Shown here in pieces: positions 1-1,766 of a stretch of 1,766 bases of DNA. Each line of letters opens with the position of its first letter. The stretch's first letter is position 1. The stretch is from Naegleria gruberi. Its lineage: Eukaryota. Made by a program: the position numbers and the translations under genes. Location of the stretch: the NCBI GenBank assembly GCA_000004985.1, contig GG739329.1; one strand, given 5' to 3'. Below the pieces are notes generated by a model that was not told the origin of the DNA, did not search any database, and saw only the letters and a list, made by a program, of their open reading frames with translations.

Positions 1-48
1 CAACTGGATATGGATCCTTTCTACTTTGTGATCTATCTATTTTCAAAG

Positions 49-732
49 TCACAATAGAAGCTTCCTTAGCCAACCTTTGAATGGCTTGTTTCCACTATCG
101 TTGATTGCTCTCACACCAATTCCTGCAAATTTTCCACTCAATTTCTTTGGATTCATCTCTGACCAATCAGTATTAACAATTTCACCTCCTTTCACATCCA
201 TAGAAATTCCAAACCATTTACAATTACCTGCTTCTTGGCAAAATGCATATAAATGGGGTTGAACATTCTTCTTATCTTGTATTTGATTTTCCGAAATGTA
301 TTTCAATAGAAACATTTGACATCCCCAAGCTGTTCCTCCTCTTATTCTCACCGAACTCTTATTACTTGCTGTTTTATTCTCAAACTCTTCAATAATGGCA
401 TAACATGAAGCTGCCTTACTGATAATATAATAGTTTCGTCTCAGCAAATTGAACTTGGTATTCCTTCTCTTGAGATACTTATTTGCTTCACTCAATTTCT
501 TATCAGCAAATGCCAATTCTTTCTTGTCCAGAGTTATTACTTGTTCTCCAACATTTGGCAATACTCTCTGATGATGTCCAGCAAAGGAATAGACAACGCT
601 CTTCTTTCCGAAAGCTTTTGTCCACTCAAAATCAGTGCCTTCACAACCTCCACTATAGCAATGAGAGATGCTTGTTGTGGTTTGATCAAAATTAAGGAGA
701 AGTGATGAGTGAGAAGATTGATGTTGCGACAT
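49..732 (-). CDS. Hypothetical 227-aa Cys/His-containing soluble protein, possibly a thiol-dependent hydrolase; coordinates include the TGA stop at 49..51
   Basis: Uninterrupted 228-codon frame on the minus strand in about 34% GC DNA, which is far longer than chance allows. ATG at 732..730 in an A-rich context (taaaaaaaaATGTCG) with A at -3. Codon usage is yeast-like (AGA/AGG Arg, TTG Leu, GGT/GGA Gly, CAA Gln). No hydrophobic segment long enough for a TM helix or signal peptide. Six Cys, conserved-looking motifs SHCYSGGCEG, SFAGHH, RIRGGTAWGCQMF, HLYAFCQEAGNCKWF. Confidence 0.85.
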   Translation of the reverse strand: MSQHQSSHSSLLLNFDQTTTSISHCYSGGCEGTDFEWTKAFGKKSVVYSFAGHHQRVLPNVGEQVITLDKKELAFADKKLSEANKYLKRRNTKFNLLRRNYYIISKAASCYAIIEEFENKTASNKSSVRIRGGTAWGCQMFLLKYISENQIQDKKNVQPHLYAFCQEAGNCKWFGISMDVKGGEIVNTDWSEMNPKKLSGKFAGIGVRAINDSGNKPFKGWLRKLLL

Positions 733-874
733 TTTTTTTAATTTATTTGTTTCTTGTAAATAGTCGAACTTTTTGTAAATTAAGAAAAATATTGAGTTTC
801 ATCTTTTTGTTGGAACATCAATAATATTGAAAAAAATAATAGATTGGAATGTTTTACAATGTATGTTATATGTT

Positions 875-890
875 TGCAAAATGTTTTGCA
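875..890. repeat. Inverted repeat TGCAAAA-tg-TTTTGCA (7-bp arms, 2-bp spacer), a candidate dimeric transcription-factor site in the shared promoter
   Basis: Perfect 7-bp arms read directly from the sequence. Embedded in a run of ATGTT(T) repeats at 848..890. The left flank TGTTTGC (871..877) reads GCAAACA on the other strand, which fits the forkhead RYMAAYA core. Confidence 0.4.
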
Positions 891-907
891 TAGGTGCTGC
901 TTTTAAA

Positions 908-926
908 GCCAAGGCGCTTCACCACC
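908..926. promoter_or_regulatory. GC-rich island GCCAAGGCGCTTCACCACC within an otherwise AT-rich promoter; candidate regulatory element with no factor assigned
   Basis: A 19-bp segment of about 63% GC flanked by more than 80% AT sequence. It lies between the ATGTT repeat cluster and the A10 tract. There is partial similarity to CACC-type (Rap1-like CACCCA) motifs but no exact match to a consensus I can name. Confidence 0.25.
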
Positions 927-932
927 AAATAA

Positions 933-940
933 TATTAAAA
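933..940 (+). promoter_or_regulatory. TATA-like element TATTAAAA (one mismatch to TATAWAWR) for the plus-strand gene
   Basis: Sits about 80 nt upstream of ATG 1015, within the usual 40-120 nt TATA-to-TSS window of budding yeast. It is a degenerate match, so the call is weak. Confidence 0.25.
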
Positions 941-946
941 AAAAAA
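937..946 (+). promoter_or_regulatory. Poly(dA:dT) tract (A10), about 70 nt upstream of the plus-gene ATG
   Basis: Ten consecutive A residues. Poly(dA:dT) tracts are established nucleosome-excluding elements in yeast promoters. Downstream of it the leader (947..1014) contains no ATG. Confidence 0.45.
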
Positions 947-1014
947 GCAACAACAAAGCTTTAAGCTGAAGAGAACAAGAAATAATTAATTAATTGAATA
1001 TAGAAGAAAATAAA

Positions 1015-1656
1015 ATGGTCAGAAACACATCAAGCAAGAGAAAATCCGCCTCTCAAGATGCCGAACCAACAAGACAACCCAGAAAAATTCAACAACCCTC
1101 CGATGATGATATTTCCATCAAATTCAATTCTTATTCATCAAGAATTTTCAACTTTGATATTCTAGCGCTTTTGAACAAACCAATTATTTGCAGTCAGTGG
1201 GAAATTTTCTTCAACTATAGAAAGCATCGGGATGAAAAGATCAAGACCATCTTGATGGAGTATGAAATTTCCTTAATGAAGAAAAATTTAAATGATGATG
1301 ATGAATTCGGAACGAAGGTAGAAACGTTTGGTAAGATGAATATTAAAAACAGTATTCAGTTTAAGAGAAATCAATGTAAGGTATTGACAGAGAGTGAAAC
1401 TGATGAAATGTATCTGTGTGTAAATTCGGAAGAATTCACAAGTTGTAATGCTGAAATATATGACTATGAAAAGTTACTGTTCGATAGATGGTTAGTCTAT
1501 AGATGTGATGCCATGAAAACAACAGACTCTGAGAGTGGATACAAAGTGTTCCAAACCAGATCAACCATGATTGGTAATAATATTGATACCAAGTCATTCC
1601 ATTGGCTTGGTTTTCATGGAGCTTTCAATACGAAGAATAGATTGTACAGTGAATGA
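1015..1656 (+). CDS. Hypothetical 213-aa hydrophilic protein with basic, NLS-like N-terminus; probable nuclear protein of unknown function; coordinates include TGA stop at 1654..1656
   Basis: Frame open from 994 to 1656, but position 994 is TTG, not ATG. The first ATG is at 1015 with a strong yeast start context (gaaaataaaATGGtc: A at -3, A-rich leader, G at +4). Codon usage is yeast-like (AGA Arg dominant). The N-terminus MVRNTSSKRKSASQDAEPTRQPRK is rich in K/R. Acidic runs SDDDIS and NDDDEF. No TM segment. Four Cys in the C-terminal half, not in a classical zinc-finger spacing. Confidence 0.8.
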   Translation: MVRNTSSKRKSASQDAEPTRQPRKIQQPSDDDISIKFNSYSSRIFNFDILALLNKPIICSQWEIFFNYRKHRDEKIKTILMEYEISLMKKNLNDDDEFGTKVETFGKMNIKNSIQFKRNQCKVLTESETDEMYLCVNSEEFTSCNAEIYDYEKLLFDRWLVYRCDAMKTTDSESGYKVFQTRSTMIGNNIDTKSFHWLGFHGAFNTKNRLYSE

Positions 1657-1766
1657 AATGAGACTTGATTCTAGAGGAAAACCTAAAAATGAAAGTGTTC
1701 TATTGTCAAGTGTAAAGGAGCAAGTCAGAATCTCTACAAATTCCATTATACCGAATCAAATAGCTT

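Larger units (their letters stand above)
733..1014. promoter_or_regulatory. Divergent (bidirectional) intergenic promoter region shared by the two head-to-head genes
   Basis: 282 bp between the two divergent start codons. Very AT-rich with homopolymer tracts (T8 at 732..739, A7 at 830..836, A10 at 937..946), which is typical of yeast nucleosome-depleted promoter regions. No ORF of meaningful length. It contains an inverted repeat and a GC-rich island, listed separately. Confidence 0.6.

Noticed and set aside
12-17. GGATCC (BamHI site) near the window start
   Set aside because: A single 6-bp restriction site has no biological significance here. It lies in the presumed 3' region of the minus-strand gene and is not evidence of a cloning junction.
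248-255. Perfect TATAAA followed by ATG (TATAAATG) on the plus strand
   Set aside because: It lies inside the minus-strand coding region, and the downstream plus-strand frame is only 18 codons. A TATAAA hexamer is expected by chance in AT-rich DNA, and there is no evidence of a cryptic promoter.
77-262. 61-aa ORF on the plus strand, antisense to the 227-aa minus-strand gene
   Set aside because: It lies wholly inside a much longer, well-supported CDS on the opposite strand. Open frames of this length are expected by chance at this base composition. The start context is poor and the composition is Phe/Leu/Pro-rich, as expected for the antisense of A-rich coding sequence.
483-695. 70-aa ORF on the plus strand, antisense to the minus-strand gene
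   Set aside because: Same reasoning as above: a shadow ORF inside a longer opposite-strand CDS with no independent start or terminator signals.
861-866. GTATGT, the canonical yeast 5' splice-site hexamer, in the intergenic region
   Set aside because: There is no TACTAAC branch-point on the plus strand and no suitable 3' splice site before the ATG at 1015. The hexamer is part of the ATGT repeat cluster. Both CDSs are continuous without needing introns. The GTAAG-like strings at 1331 and 1378 are in-frame coding and too short to define introns.
733-1014. ARS consensus (WTTTAYRTTTW) or an origin of replication in the AT-rich intergenic region
   Set aside because: I scanned both strands by eye. 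The nearest candidates (ATTTATTTGTT at about 741, AAAATAAAAT at about 1006) each fail at least one invariant position. AT-richness alone does not indicate an origin.
1-1766. Prokaryotic defence, toxin-antitoxin or other novel bacterial system
   Set aside because: All translation and promoter signals are eukaryotic and yeast-like: no Shine-Dalgarno sequences, A-rich Kozak contexts, AGA/TTG codon bias, and a divergent AT-rich promoter with poly(dA:dT) tracts. There is no operon-like co-directional packing and no recognisable nuclease, ATPase or other defence-type domain in either protein.
1-1766. tRNA, snoRNA or other structured RNA genes
   Set aside because: There is no GC-rich stem-forming segment with tRNA-like A-box/B-box spacing, and no C/D-box (TGATGA...CTGA) pair in suitable arrangement outside the coding regions. 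The non-coding DNA is low-complexity AT-rich.

Overview
This 1766-bp window is AT-rich (about one-third GC by eye) and looks like nuclear DNA from a budding yeast (Saccharomycetales-like), not a prokaryotic locus. It holds two complete protein-coding genes transcribed divergently from a 282-bp AT-rich intergenic region (733..1014). The minus-strand gene (49..732) encodes a 227-aa Cys/His-containing protein with no product I can assign confidently; I think it may be a thiol-dependent hydrolase. The plus-strand gene (true ATG at 1015, not the TTG at 994 in the ORF track; ends 1656) encodes a 213-aa hydrophilic protein with a basic NLS-like N-terminus. The evidence for eukaryotic origin: (1) both start codons sit in A-rich, G-poor leaders with A at -3 (AAAAAAAATGTC and AAAATAAAATGG) and have no Shine-Dalgarno; (2) arginine is mostly AGA and leucine mostly TTG; (3) the shared promoter contains poly(dA:dT) tracts. 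I found no rRNA, tRNA, CRISPR, mobile element or prokaryotic defence or secretion system. The parts most worth follow-up are the unassigned 227-aa Cys/His protein and a cluster of short repeats plus a GC-rich island in the bidirectional promoter. I could not run BLAST or HMM searches, so every product assignment is from reading the sequence and is tentative.
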